Positions 1 through 11,187 of a stretch of DNA of 64,000 bases are shown here, one piece after another. Below the pieces are notes generated by a model. That model did not search any database and had not been told where the DNA came from. It was given only the letters and a program-made list of their open reading frames with translations. Where the stretch lies: NCBI GenBank assembly GCA_977017575.1, contig CDRNVI010000168.1, positions 62,001 to 126,000 on the forward strand, given 5' to 3'. Origin of the DNA: Paramoeba atlantica. Its lineage: Eukaryota; Protista; Discosea. Numbering within the stretch: position 1 is the stretch's first letter; each line of letters starts with the position of its first letter. Position numbers and translations under genes: made by a program.

Positions 1-51
1 TTTCCAAAAAATCTTTCTATTTATTTCTTTTCTTCATTTTTTAAAATCAAG

Positions 52-682
52 ACTGGTATCTTTTCTCAATGTACAAAGAATCAATTTTCTGAGACTTTTC
101 AATCAACAATTGGAGTTGATTTTGCGACCAAGACTCTTACCTTCGGAGATTCTTCGTATCTGTTCAAAATTGTATGGAACTTTTCTTTCTTTTGTTTTTC
201 TTCTTTCTTTTCAATTCTTTTTTTTTCCTTTTTTTTTCCTTTTTTTTCTTGCAGAACGATACAGCAGGACAGGATAGATTTCGAATAATTACAAGTGACC
301 CACTTTACCGAATAGCGAAAGGAATTATTCTTGTGTATTCTGTCACAAACCGTGCATCATTTAATCATATTCACAATTGGGCTGCTGAAGTAAAAGAACA
401 ATCACCTTTGAATATCAAAATAATTCTTGTTGGAAATAAGATTGATCTTCAAGATCAACGAGAAGTTCTTTATGATGAAGGAAAGGTTTTTTTCTTTTTT
501 TTTTTGAATAAATTCTTTAATTTTAGTCTTAAAAATTATTTCTCTTTTAGCAATTAGCAAATGAGCTGGGATTCCAAGGATTCTTTGAAACTTCAGCAAA
601 ACAAAATGAAAATGTTGAGGAATTGTTCTTAGAGATGGCAAACCAAACATCTTTTGTCAATGTGAAAAGAGCTCGAGATTAA
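52..682 (+). CDS. Rab-like small GTPase A (5' end outside window; exons 52-171, 255-485, 551-682)
   Basis: Spliced translation gives FQSTIGVDFATK (switch I), NDTAGQDRF (G3, W>N), IILVGNKIDL (G4) and FETSAK (G5). It ends FVNVKRARD* with no C-terminal Cys. GT-AG introns keep frame. Confidence 0.9.
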
Positions 683-1096
683 AAAAAAAAAAAGGGAGGA
701 AATAACATCAAGAAACCAGATCAAACTTGCCTACCGAATCTGACCCACCAGAATCGGCATTTGTCTTTTTGGCTCAGTGGTTGGTTGAACAGAATCATTT
801 GCCCAAATGGTGGACCAATTTCTTTTTGAAAAAGTTTTCTATCAATGTTTTGCTGGCTTGACCTCTCTCTCTCTCTTCGATTTAAATATATCAAAGATTG
901 GTTTTCAATTGGTTTCAGATCTTCTTTTGTTGCTTCGAACACTTTTTTCGACGCCTTAGGCCTGATTTAGATAAAAAGAGTATCTTTTCCGCCAATATTT
1001 TTCTTTGAATTTTCCAACGACAATCGACACGAACTGTTTTTTTGCATTTTGGCAAAACCGCAACAGGGATTGTTTCTCTTTTCTTTTAAAAGAGGA

Positions 1097-1899
1097 ATGG
1101 GTTGTTCAGCTGGAAGAGTTCAACAGAATGGAAATGACCAAATGATCCACAAAATTCGCTCAAAACCTTTCGAAATTTTGTTGTTAGGAGATTCTGGAGT
1201 AGGAAAGGTTTTTCTCTTTGAGTTTTGACAAACAATCTTCTTTTATTTAAATTTTCTTTTTAAAAATCAAGACTGGTCTCTTTTCTCGATGTACAGGGAA
1301 GTTATTTTCTGAGGTTTTTCTTCCTTCAGTTCGACTTGATTATGGGATTAAGAAAGTTACCCAAGGAGATTCTTCGTATCGGTTCAAAATTGTATGGAAC
1401 TTTTCTTTCTTTTGTGTTTTTTTTTCTTATATCTTGTCGATCCTTTTTTTTCTGATTAAAATCCCTGTTTTTTCCAGTGGGATACTGCAGGACAGAAAAG
1501 ATTTCAAGGAGAGAGGGAGAACCTTTTTTCAAGAGCTGAAGGAATTATTCTTGTGTATTCTGTTGCAAATCGTGCATCATTTGATCATATTCATGATTGG
1601 GTTGCTGAAGTAAAAGAACACACACCTCCGAATATCAAAATAATTCTTGTTGGAAATAAGATTGATGTTCACGATCAACGAGTAGTTCTTTGCGATGAAG
1701 GAAAGGTTTTTTTCTTTTTTTTTGAATCGCTTCTTTAATTTTGGTCTTTTTTAAATTCTTGATCTTTTAGCAATTAGCAAATGATCTGGGATTCCAATTC
1801 TTTGAGACTTCAGCAAAACAAAATGAAAGATTTGATGAATTGTTCTTAGGGCTGGTGGGAGAAAGACCTTTCCTCAATGTGAAAAGAGCTGGAGATTAA
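1097..1899 (+). CDS. Rab-like small GTPase B, tandem paralog of A (4 exons)
   Basis: Starts MGCSAGR and contains LLLGDSGVGK|T, WDTAGQKRF, LVGNKID and FETSAK. Ends FLNVKRAGD*. Intron positions match gene A. Confidence 0.9.
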
Positions 1900-2281
1900 A
1901 AAGGGGAAAAAAACATCAAGGAACGAACCTGATTTCGAAAAAAGGAAATGACTGCCCAAATGGTGGATCAATTTCTTTTTGAAAAAGGTCTCAATCTTGT
2001 TTGGCTCGCTTGTTTGACCTCTGTCTCTCTCTCTCTCTTCGATTTAAATTCACCAAGATGATTGAAAAACAGACCTCAAAACTGAAAAAAAAGAAACAAA
2101 CTTTTCGATGCCCTATTTAGATAAAAAGAGTATCTTTTCCGCCAACACCTTCTTTTTTGAATTTTCCGACAACACACATCCATTCCTCGAAATTGGTTTT
2201 GGGTCTCAAATTTCCTCGAAATCGCCAGAATCTGTTCTGTGATTTGATTTCAAAAAACTTCCTTTGTGGTTGGATGTGAAA

Positions 2282-3577
2282 ATGGGAAACCAAATTTCGA
2301 GCGAAAACTTTCAGAGAGTATGTGGAGGGCTCAGAACCAATCCCCCGCTCGCTTTCCTCGCATACACCTCGTTTCTCTTTCTCGTCCCTCGAACGTTGCC
2401 TGAAAGTTCGACCAGAATGAAAATCGGTGTTTGGGCCGCTGCGTCTGTCCCACTCGCAATAATGCCCTTTGGTTTACCAAAAGACAAACCCTCAACAATG
2501 ATGGCACATGTGTTTTCTTTCATGATCCCCTTAAAGGGTCTTCAGATGGTTCTTTCCGAACAGTCATCATCGTCATCGCAACAGAAGGCTCTCGAAAAAA
2601 AAGGTGATGAAGAGGTCAAGCAGGAGTTTGCTCAAGCCGAAACTTTGATCAAAGCAAGAGGGAAACAACAACAACAGAATCCCACTTTCCAAGAAATTGT
2701 TAGGAGCTTTGTTTATTGGCAAGGAAGTTTTCTTTGGTATATGTTTCCGATTCGTCCTGTTTCTCCAGAAGATCGCCGTCCACTGCCAGAAGTAATGAAA
2801 TATTCTGTGCTCTGCTTTGCGAGTAGCTTTGGAAAGTCAGTGCTTCAAATTTTTCTCCACAAACTGCTCATGGAGTTGTCAAGTGATCGAAATGTCATCC
2901 AAGTTGCAGGGGGATCATTGTTTAACAGACCTCGATACGTTTTGTCGCTTTTGTGGGGTCTTTGGGTTCTCTTTCCAGATCCAATGAATGATATACTTTG
3001 TGGGGTAGTGCCATTGATCACGAATGATCGTTATCGGATTTTACCTTTCTCCAATTTTCCTCTTTTTTCACAATCTCTGAGAGAATTTTGGGGTCGAAGA
3101 TACAACCAACTCATTCGGACGTTATATCACGAAACTATTTTTGTACCATTGGTGAAGAATAACGTGGATGTGAGTACTGCTTCTGCCTTTGTGTTTTTCA
3201 TGAGTGGAGTTTTTCATGCGTACATCGCGAATGGGACTTTTGGAAAAGGAATTGGTTCAACAACAGTCTTCTTCTGTTTACATGGTGGAGCGGTGATGCT
3301 TGAATCTCATTTGAGAAAGAAAGAGAAAGAAAATGAAAAAAAAGACCTCGAGAAAACAAAAAAAGGTTCGTCACCCTTCTCAGTTGGAAAATGGGCATTG
3401 ACACAAACTTTTCTTGGTCTCACACTACCTCTTTATTTGGGGTTGTTTGTTGGTGCGCTTCCAACATTCATTGAGGAGCGCCCTCTTCAAAAAGACAACC
3501 TGTTAAATCAGGTTGGGAATGGTCTTTGGAACCTAATGGGCTCTCAGTGTGTTGAGTCGATTCGAAAATTGTTGTGA
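2282..3577 (+). CDS. MBOAT family acyltransferase (wax-synthase-like, MBOAT_2 domain)
   Basis: Intronless ORF with multiple hydrophobic segments. Carries PLFSQSLREFWGRRYNQ and the catalytic-His motif FFMSGVFHAY. Confidence 0.85.
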   Translation: MGNQISSENFQRVCGGLRTNPPLAFLAYTSFLFLVPRTLPESSTRMKIGVWAAASVPLAIMPFGLPKDKPSTMMAHVFSFMIPLKGLQMVLSEQSSSSSQQKALEKKGDEEVKQEFAQAETLIKARGKQQQQNPTFQEIVRSFVYWQGSFLWYMFPIRPVSPEDRRPLPEVMKYSVLCFASSFGKSVLQIFLHKLLMELSSDRNVIQVAGGSLFNRPRYVLSLLWGLWVLFPDPMNDILCGVVPLITNDRYRILPFSNFPLFSQSLREFWGRRYNQLIRTLYHETIFVPLVKNNVDVSTASAFVFFMSGVFHAYIANGTFGKGIGSTTVFFCLHGGAVMLESHLRKKEKENEKKDLEKTKKGSSPFSVGKWALTQTFLGLTLPLYLGLFVGALPTFIEERPLQKDNLLNQVGNGLWNLMGSQCVESIRKLL

Positions 3578-3684
3578 ATGAACGCCTTCACACACATCAA
3601 AAATATACAAGAAAAAACAAACAAATGGGATAATTTTAAAGGAATAATAATAAAATTCAAATTAATTAATTAATAAATATTCAT

Positions 3685-4640
3685 TCATTCATTTTTTTTA
3701 AAAGGAAATTGGTCAGTATTAAAATATCCTTGAATATCTTCTTGATTATCTCCAGAGAACTCTCCCTGTAAATTTTCGTTTAAATCTTTTTGGAAGTGTT
3801 CAGAGGAACAACTATCTTGAGCACCCCGGAAATCTCGGATCGCTTCTTCGATCGATTTTAGCTCTTTTTCGACTTGATTTAACCTTGTTTCGGCTTTCTG
3901 ACCCTCCTTCATGAGTGTTTGGTATTTTTCCGTCAGGATCTCGAAAACAGTCTTCTTCTTAAAGAAGACAAGGAAACGATAGCAGCCGTGCTCAGGAGAA
4001 GCTCTTTTGAAGTCCAAAGGGGAATTCGATTCGGCGGGAGTTACGGCTCTCTTCTTCTCACTTACGAGATCAAACACAAACAATCGAGAATTAGCACCAA
4101 TAGGTTCTCCAAATCTTGAACCTCTTTTGAGGTGGATATTAACGGTCTCATAGGTCCCAACGTGAGATTTTTTGGCTTCTAGCACCATGGGTTCCGCCTC
4201 ATCACCATTGGTTGTGAGGATTTGGAGACATTCATCCTTTTCATACCTCAAAATAATTCCACTTTCAAGGTCAGAGAGAATCTTTTGGGACCCGTTGTTC
4301 TGAATAACAGCCAAGTTCGCGGAAAAGTCATGGCCAGGAATGAAAAGTTCTCTTTGACATTCTTTTTCCGCCCGTTTTAACAGGTCAGCTTGGTTTGGTT
4401 TTCTTTGTCTTGGTTTCGGACTATTTTTCACAAAAAAAATGAGTGGAAATATTGCACGTGGAGATATTTTTAAAAAATTGAAGTGAAAGGGGTACACGTG
4501 TACCTTTTTGAGCAAACGCGAAGGGGTACCACTGAAGTGAAACCCAAATCAGACAAATCATTGAAATGAGAATCCTTGCCACGCCAATGAACCCTCGAAT
4601 CCAAGAATCTTTTCTCTTCTAGGTGTTGATGATCAAACAT
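3685..4640 (-). CDS. Hypothetical protein with C-terminal coiled coil (2 exons; start uncertain)
   Basis: Exon MFDHQHLEEKRF...VCSK splices in frame (gtacac...aatag) to the long complex ORF SPKPRQRK...FPFKKNE*. No family recognised. Confidence 0.6.
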
Positions 4641-5010
4641 TCTCAATTAAAAGTTTCTTTTTAAGAAAAGTAGAAAAAATAAAATAAACCTTCTTCAGAA
4701 AAAGGAGAGAAAAGAAGACCGGTCCTCTTTCTGGAAAAAGAGGCTGGTCTTCTTTTGACTTCAAAAAAAAGGAACAAAACGGTGTCCTGCTGGTGTCCCC
4801 TTCCCTATTTTTCCCTATTTTTCCCTCTTTCTGCACACTCACAAAACCCACTCCTGCTCTGACAAATCAAAAACGAATTACTTCTCTCAGGTTTTTCTCA
4901 TCCCTTCCTTTTCTCTTTTTGATCGTTTGTTTAACTCAATTTTGAGGAAACGAAAAATCATTGAAAAAACTCAAATGGGTTCCTTCATTTTTGAATAAAA
5001 AATATTTTAT

Positions 5011-6066
5011 TTAAAAGAGAAGGAAAAAACTGGTGATGGTGAAGACAACAAGACCAAACCAAGCATTGATTTTTACCCCAGCACTCTTTGGGTCCCAAAC
5101 ATTATCTCGATAGACAAAATTAACCATTCCAATTTGAGAAGTTTTCCCCCCTCCAATTAATTCCTCTGGATCCGTCACTTCTTTGAGTGTGTAATGAGTT
5201 GGATACATTCCTTCTTCTTGATAGAGATAAGGTTGTGGATAGCTAATAACTGAGCGCTGATATGGCGCAAAGTCTCGAACCCAATTCAAAATTGGAGTCG
5301 CGACCATGACTTCCCAAAAAACTGATTCACCAGCATAACTCCCATAGATAAGAGCAGGTTGTCTTTCAAATAACTCTTTTGTTTCCAACTTGTCTTGAAC
5401 CCAGTGGCGACCCATCCGAGGAACACAATCTCCCTCGTTATAGTATGCAGTTGGGTGAAGTTCAGCTGGTGGTATGTCATCACACTTGGCTTGGATTTCT
5501 GGAGGGGGAGGGTTCACAGGAAATCCTTCCCAATTAATTGCAGAAACGTTCGCTGCAGGAAGAAAAAAGAAGTGAGCATCAACGTGCTGAGTCAACCAAG
5601 ACCACGATGTGGGAAGAGCATCACAATTCAGGTCATTATTTTCACAATCATTCCAAAGATGGCGATATTCTTCATAATTTCCGTTCGGATGTCCTTGTAC
5701 GTTAACTTCAAAAGCCATTGCACGAATGGGGTAATTTGGAGAAGCGGGTGGTTCAAATGTCACAACAACTGACTCTCCTGGAGGACAGATAGCGTTATCA
5801 GGAGGTGGAAGGCAATGAGAAACTCGATCAGGATGAGGAAAACGGACCCCCATTTCACAAATGTGAACGTAAGATTCATTAATCACGGCATAATCAACGA
5901 ATGTGTAGATCTCCATTCCTGGTTGTCCATCTGTTTGATACAAACCCTCACCTTTTCCGTGAATTCGATATTCTTTGTCACAAACAATTTCGGTCGCTGG
6001 ATCTTCGCATTTGGCAAACGAGAAAGCAATCAGAAGAAGAACCGAACAAGAAAAGAAAAACCGCAT
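5011..6066 (-). CDS. Secreted/GPI-like protein resembling DUF5602 (TTHB210-like) family
   Basis: Signal peptide MRFFFSCSVLLLIAFSFA and hydrophobic C-tail. Motifs QGHP, HVDAHFF, VPRMGRHW, IYGSYAGESVFWEVM and GMYPTHY match my recollection of that family. Confidence 0.6.
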   Translation of the reverse strand: MRFFFSCSVLLLIAFSFAKCEDPATEIVCDKEYRIHGKGEGLYQTDGQPGMEIYTFVDYAVINESYVHICEMGVRFPHPDRVSHCLPPPDNAICPPGESVVVTFEPPASPNYPIRAMAFEVNVQGHPNGNYEEYRHLWNDCENNDLNCDALPTSWSWLTQHVDAHFFFLPAANVSAINWEGFPVNPPPPEIQAKCDDIPPAELHPTAYYNEGDCVPRMGRHWVQDKLETKELFERQPALIYGSYAGESVFWEVMVATPILNWVRDFAPYQRSVISYPQPYLYQEEGMYPTHYTLKEVTDPEELIGGGKTSQIGMVNFVYRDNVWDPKSAGVKINAWFGLVVFTITSFFLLF

Positions 6067-6463
6067 GATAAAAAATGAGTTTTGACTGAAGTTGTTGCCC
6101 AAAAAAAAAAAACAACAAAAAGAAAACACAAAAAACGAAACCCCCGAAAACAAATCAAAAAAACCCCGATTTTATTTCTCGTCACAAAAAGCTTCTTTCA
6201 TAAATTATTTTGTATGTCATTTTGTGATTCAAAAAAATATAAAAAAGCCACTACTCTCTAAATATTTTTTGCTTGGGAGAACGCTGTTTTTTTTTGGGTA
6301 AATAAAACCCTTTTTTAGACTTCAACCCCTATTTTTGTATCTTGACCAAACTTAGTAAAGAAAATGGTTATCTATTTTTGGTCTTCTATTTTTTTTAGGG
6401 CTCTTTCTCTTTTTCCTCTTTTTTCTTTTTTTTTTTTGTTTCTCTTTCTTTCTCTCCAACAAC

Positions 6464-7477
6464 ATGTTGTTGAGATTTGTTGTTCTCTTTTCTCTTCTTT
6501 TGCGGGTTTCTCTGGGAAGCAATGATGAAAATGGAGATAAGGATGTGGTGAGAGGAGTACCATTAGAATTGACAGATGCGACATTTGATCAAGCGATTGT
6601 GTCGAACGAATTTGGATTCCCTTTTCATTTCGTTGGGTTTTTCAGTTCAAATTGTCCTCATTGTATTTCTCTTCTCCCTGTTTGGCGACTCCTTGCCAAA
6701 GAATATAAAGAGGTTTTTCTTTTTCTTTATCTTTTATCTCTTCAGAATCTCTTTTCTTTTCTTTATTTTAGGATTCTTGAAAAAAACATGAATCCAAAAA
6801 AGATGAGACTGATAAATTCATCTTCTTCTCAATAGACAAAGATTGAAGAATCAGTTGATGTTCGTTGGGTCGAAGGGAAAGAGAATCGTTTTTTAATGGA
6901 ACATTTCCAAGTTCGAGCTTTCCCAACTCTTTTATTTTTTACCCATGGTAAGGAATATTTTGCTTTTCTTTCTCTCTGATTCTCATCTTTCCCCAACAAT
7001 AGAAGCCATTTATCCTTTTCTCTCTCTCTATCTGTACAATCATCTGACAAGAAAAATCAATAGACAAGAAAGGAGAGCTTTTTTATCGAGAATATCCAGG
7101 AGATAGAGCTCGACAACTTGAGAGTTTGTTAGATTTTATTACCACAGCTCGTCATGAAGTCTTTCAAGATGACTTTTCCAACTTTCTTTCTTTACCAACG
7201 TCTCCCTCTCTATTCCAAGTGGGTTCGACTTTCTTTTCTCTTTTTCTTTCCTTTCTTTCTTTCAAATTTGAATTCAAAATCAACAGGATTACTCAAACTT
7301 GAATATTGGGTCACTGAAAACCCTGTCGTTTGGTTTGTTATTTGTGCTGGATTTGGCTCTGTTTTAGGATTTGTTATTGTTACGTTTTGTTTGGATGATT
7401 CATTCTTTGAGATTGAAGAAGAAGAAGGAAAAAAAAAAGTGGAAAAGAAACAAAAGAAAAAGCCAAAGAGCGAATGA
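6464..7477 (+). CDS. Transmembrane thioredoxin / PDI-like (TMX-type) protein, 4 exons
   Basis: Signal peptide, ELTDATFDQ, active site CPHC, VRAFPTLLF, then a C-terminal TM helix and Lys-rich tail. Confidence 0.85.
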
Positions 7478-7793
7478 AAAAGGGTTACAGAGAATCCAAC
7501 ATCATCTCACATTTACAAAAACTCGAACAAATTACCTTTCTTACAAAAATGATAAACATTATTCGAAAGAAAAAGACTTCCCAGATAAAACTCTTAAAAA
7601 CCAAATACAATAGAAGAGGTATTTTTTTCGATTCCCAAAACACCAATTGTTTTGGGAAGAGGAGTTTACTTTTATTCTTCTCTTCTTTTCCCTTTTTTCT
7701 TTTCGTTTTGTTGAAAAAAAAAATGGTTGGATTTTAGTCTCTCTCTTTTTTTGGGGGGGGTGTTTGTCTCATCTTTTTTCTCTTTTCTTCTTT

Positions 7794-10700
7794 TTACCAA
7801 TTTGAATCATACATATGCCATTTATCGTTTACTGGGACTCTTTTGTTTCGATACCATTGATTCATAATCACTTTTTCGACCCCCTCCTGAAAAAGAGAGA
7901 TTAAAAAGAGAGATTAAAAATAGAGAAAAAAGAAGGAGAAAGAATTTCTAAAAGGGAGATGAATGAGAATGAGAAAGAAAGAAGAGGACCTCGGTATCAC
8001 AACCAGCATGTGTTGTTCTTTCATCTAAGATTCCTTCCATATGTTGATCTTCAAGTACATCATAAAATAAAGCAGCTGATCCTTTCTTTGGTGGAACGAC
8101 AAATGATTTTTCAGGATTGCATCCTTCCTAAAGAAACAAGAAAGAAAAACTAAGAAGGAAAAGAAAACAAGAACAGAGAGAGAGAGAGAAAGGGGAGAAA
8201 AAAAAAACCACTGGATCAACAGTTTGTGTAACATTCTCAGGAGGAACACCAACATGCGGAAACGCAGTATAACCACCTCCAGTTGGTTGAGTCAAATAGA
8301 TTACCATTGTCGCAAATCGATTCCCTCCTCCCCGAATATAAGGATTGTCTCCATTTCTTTCACTTGCTGAGAAAGAATCTAGAAAAGAGAGAGAGGGGGG
8401 AGAGAAGGATGAGAGAGAGAGAGGTGAAAATTAAGAGAAAGAAAATCTGAGAAAAAGAAAAAGATAAAAAACCGGTGTGGAAATAGTAATGCCCTTTTGG
8501 AGGATATCGTACGAGCTATGTAATAAACAGAGAGGGAAGAAAAAAATGAGTTTTAAATGTCATTAGAAAGAAAGGAGAAAAGAGAAAAGAGAAATAAGAA
8601 AGAAAAAAAAAGAGAATTAAGAAAAAAGAAAAAGAAAAAGAAAAAGAAAAAAAGATTACTTGAAAAGGTTCCATAACTTCAACAGCATGTTTTAAAAAAG
8701 CTTGAGTTCGACTGTGAACTCTTTTTGTCACTTCATTTGAATTCTTGTTCAAAGGATCAACCCAAAGAGTTTCACTGTATCTGAGAAAAATATTACTTTT
8801 ACAAAAATGTTTCTTTCTTTCCTTCTCTTTCTCTTTCTCTTTTTCTCTTTTTCTCATTCTCTTTTTACTGTCACCATCAATACCTTATACTAGTATCTTC
8901 TTGAGAATGGGCAGTATCACTCCCGACACTTGATTTCATCCACTGAAAGAAATAATAGTAAAAAAAAAGAAGATCGGAGCCAAAAAAAAAGAATAAACGA
9001 AGAAGAAAGAGAAGAAAGAAGAGAAGAAAGAGAAGAAGAAAGAAGAAAAAAGAATAAAGTGGAGAGAGAAAAAAAAACCGTAGCACTCGCCTCTGGAGGG
9101 AGATTATTCACATGGTCCATAATTTGATCACATTCCTAATTTTTTACCACAACAAGAAACAAGATCGTTAGTAAAAAGTTCCTTTCTTTCTCTCTTCTTT
9201 TCTTCTCCCCCTCCTCTCTTTTTTGGATTTTCTCTTTTTTCGAAAAAGAAAAAAAGTGTGCCTCATGTGAGAGAATGTTATCAATCATAAAGATTTTTGG
9301 TTCAAGTGCTAGTGTTGTGACAGTCACTTCTCTTGGTGGAGAATCTAATTCCCCAAACAATTAAAACCAAAAAAATACGAGTACAGAAGAGAGATAAAAA
9401 TACAAAAAGAAAAAGAAAAAAAAAACAACAAAACAAAACAAAAAACAAAACAAAAACAAAAACAAACAAAAAAACAAAAAAACTAAAAAACAAAAAAACA
9501 AAAAAAAACAAAACAAACAAAACAAACAAAACAAACAAAAAACAAACAAACCAGTAGAATCGCGAACCAAAACAGGAACAACCTCCCCAACTCGAACAGC
9601 AGGGAAAAAGAACCTCTCTTCCCTCTCATAACCAAACTCAGTTGTTCGAAGAGGTCTTGTTGCAATGATAAATTGTTTGTATGTTTTCTTTTTTGGGAGT
9701 GGGTGGATGTATTCGTCTATGTCTATGTATCTTGTGTCTCTTTTTTGTTTTGGAGGGGGGGGAAGAGAAGAGAAGAGAAGAGAAGAAGAGAAGAAGAGAA
9801 GAAGAGAAGAAGAGAAGAAGAGAAGAAGAGAAGAAGAGGAGAGGGGAGAGAAGGGAAAAGGAGGAGAGAAGAGAGAAGAAGAGGAGAGAGGAGAGAAGGG
9901 AAAAGAAGAGAAGAGAGAAAGAGGAAGAGAAGAGAAAAGGGGAATTAGAGAGGAAGAAGAAAATTGAAAAAAGAAAAAGAAGAAAAAGAAAAAAGAAAAA
10001 CCTTCTCCAAAAGTGTTGAATATAACGATCTCCAAAAGATTCTTGAACATGTTGAAGAAGATCCCTGCCAATTCATCAGAAAACAAACAAAAGAAAGAGA
10101 AAGAAAGCCCTCCACAACCAAGAACTGAAGGAGTGAAAAAAAAGAAGAAAAACGAAAGAAAAGAAAAAAAAGAGAAATAAAAACCGATAAGTTGTACAAC
10201 CATAAAGAAAAGGAAAAGAACGAATTTCTCCCAAACGATAAACATCAATAGTACTTTGAGAAGAAAGAAGAAGAGCTCTCTTCTTACAATCTACTCCTTC
10301 TGTTCTTAGTTTTGCTGAATAAAGAGCTCCTCCTCTTAGAGCGGGGGAGAGAGAGAGGGAAGAGAAGGAAAGAGAAAGAGAAAGAAAGGAAAGAGAGAAA
10401 AGGAAAGAAAAGGAAAGAAAGGAAAAGAGAGAAGGGGGAAGAAAGAGAAGGTAAGATACCGAGTTTTTGCGCTCTCTCTCCTCTCTTCTCTCTTTCTTCT
10501 CTTAATCTGCAGTTTCTCTTTTCTCTTTAAAAAAAATTAAAATAAAAACTTGGTGTTCACAATTGGAGCAAGATTCTGTTTTGTTACATCACATAATTGT
10601 GCATTCTCATCGATAAAGGCTAAAAGAAAGAGAAAGAGAAAGAAAAAAAAAGAGAAAGAGAAAGAGAAAGAGAAAGAGAAAGTAAGAAAAGAAAGATAAG

Positions 10701-11024
10701 AAAAGAAAAACAACGAAAAGCGAAGAAAAAAAAAAGAGAAAAGAAAAAAGAAAAAAAGAAATACAAAGATCTTGGCGAAGTTCTTGAAATGCAGATTGTT
10801 TGAAAGAAAAAGGAAGACTGTTCCAAACCGAAAAGAACATCTTTCTCTTTTCTGTCTCTGTTTTTTTTTGTTTTCATTCCAAAAAAAGAAACGAAAAAAG
10901 AAAGAAAAAGAAAAAAAAAGAAAAAAAAAGAAAAAAAACCATCTGAAACTGATTCAAGACTCTCACAACCAATCAACAAAAACAAAAAACAGAACAAAAA
11001 AAAGAGCTTTTCTCTCTTCATCAT
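7794..11024 (-). CDS. Prolyl 4-hydroxylase alpha-like 2OG-Fe(II) dioxygenase with long N-terminal extension (about 13 exons)
   Basis: Spliced model has signal peptide MMKREKLFFLFCFLFLLIG, LEPKIFMIDNILSHE|ECDQI, YYFHT|D (HxD), NRFATMVIYL, HAGC and EKVIMNQW. The 5' exon boundaries are less certain. Confidence 0.8.
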
Positions 11025-11187
11025 TTTTCTCCGCCACTCCTTTTTTCTCTTTTCAAAAAACTTTGTTGGAATGATTTCTTTGAGATTTCTGTGAAATTTC
11101 ATCCAAGTTTTCTTTATTTTTTGGGTTTCTTTTTTTTTTTCTTTTTTCTTTTTTCTTTTTGGGTTCTTTGCTCGAGTTTTCAAGAAG

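Larger units (their letters stand above)
1..2160. repeat. Tandem segmental duplication, unit about 1.2 kb (Rab gene plus downstream intergenic DNA)
   Basis: Exons, introns and intergenic blocks recur about 1.2 kb apart, e.g. gcccaaatggtgga at about 743/1954 and tttagataaaaagagtatcttttccgccaa at about 967/2116. Confidence 0.85.

Noticed and set aside
721-942. 73-aa minus-strand ORF in the duplicated Rab spacer
   Set aside because: The frame is not preserved in the second copy (about 1920-2110).
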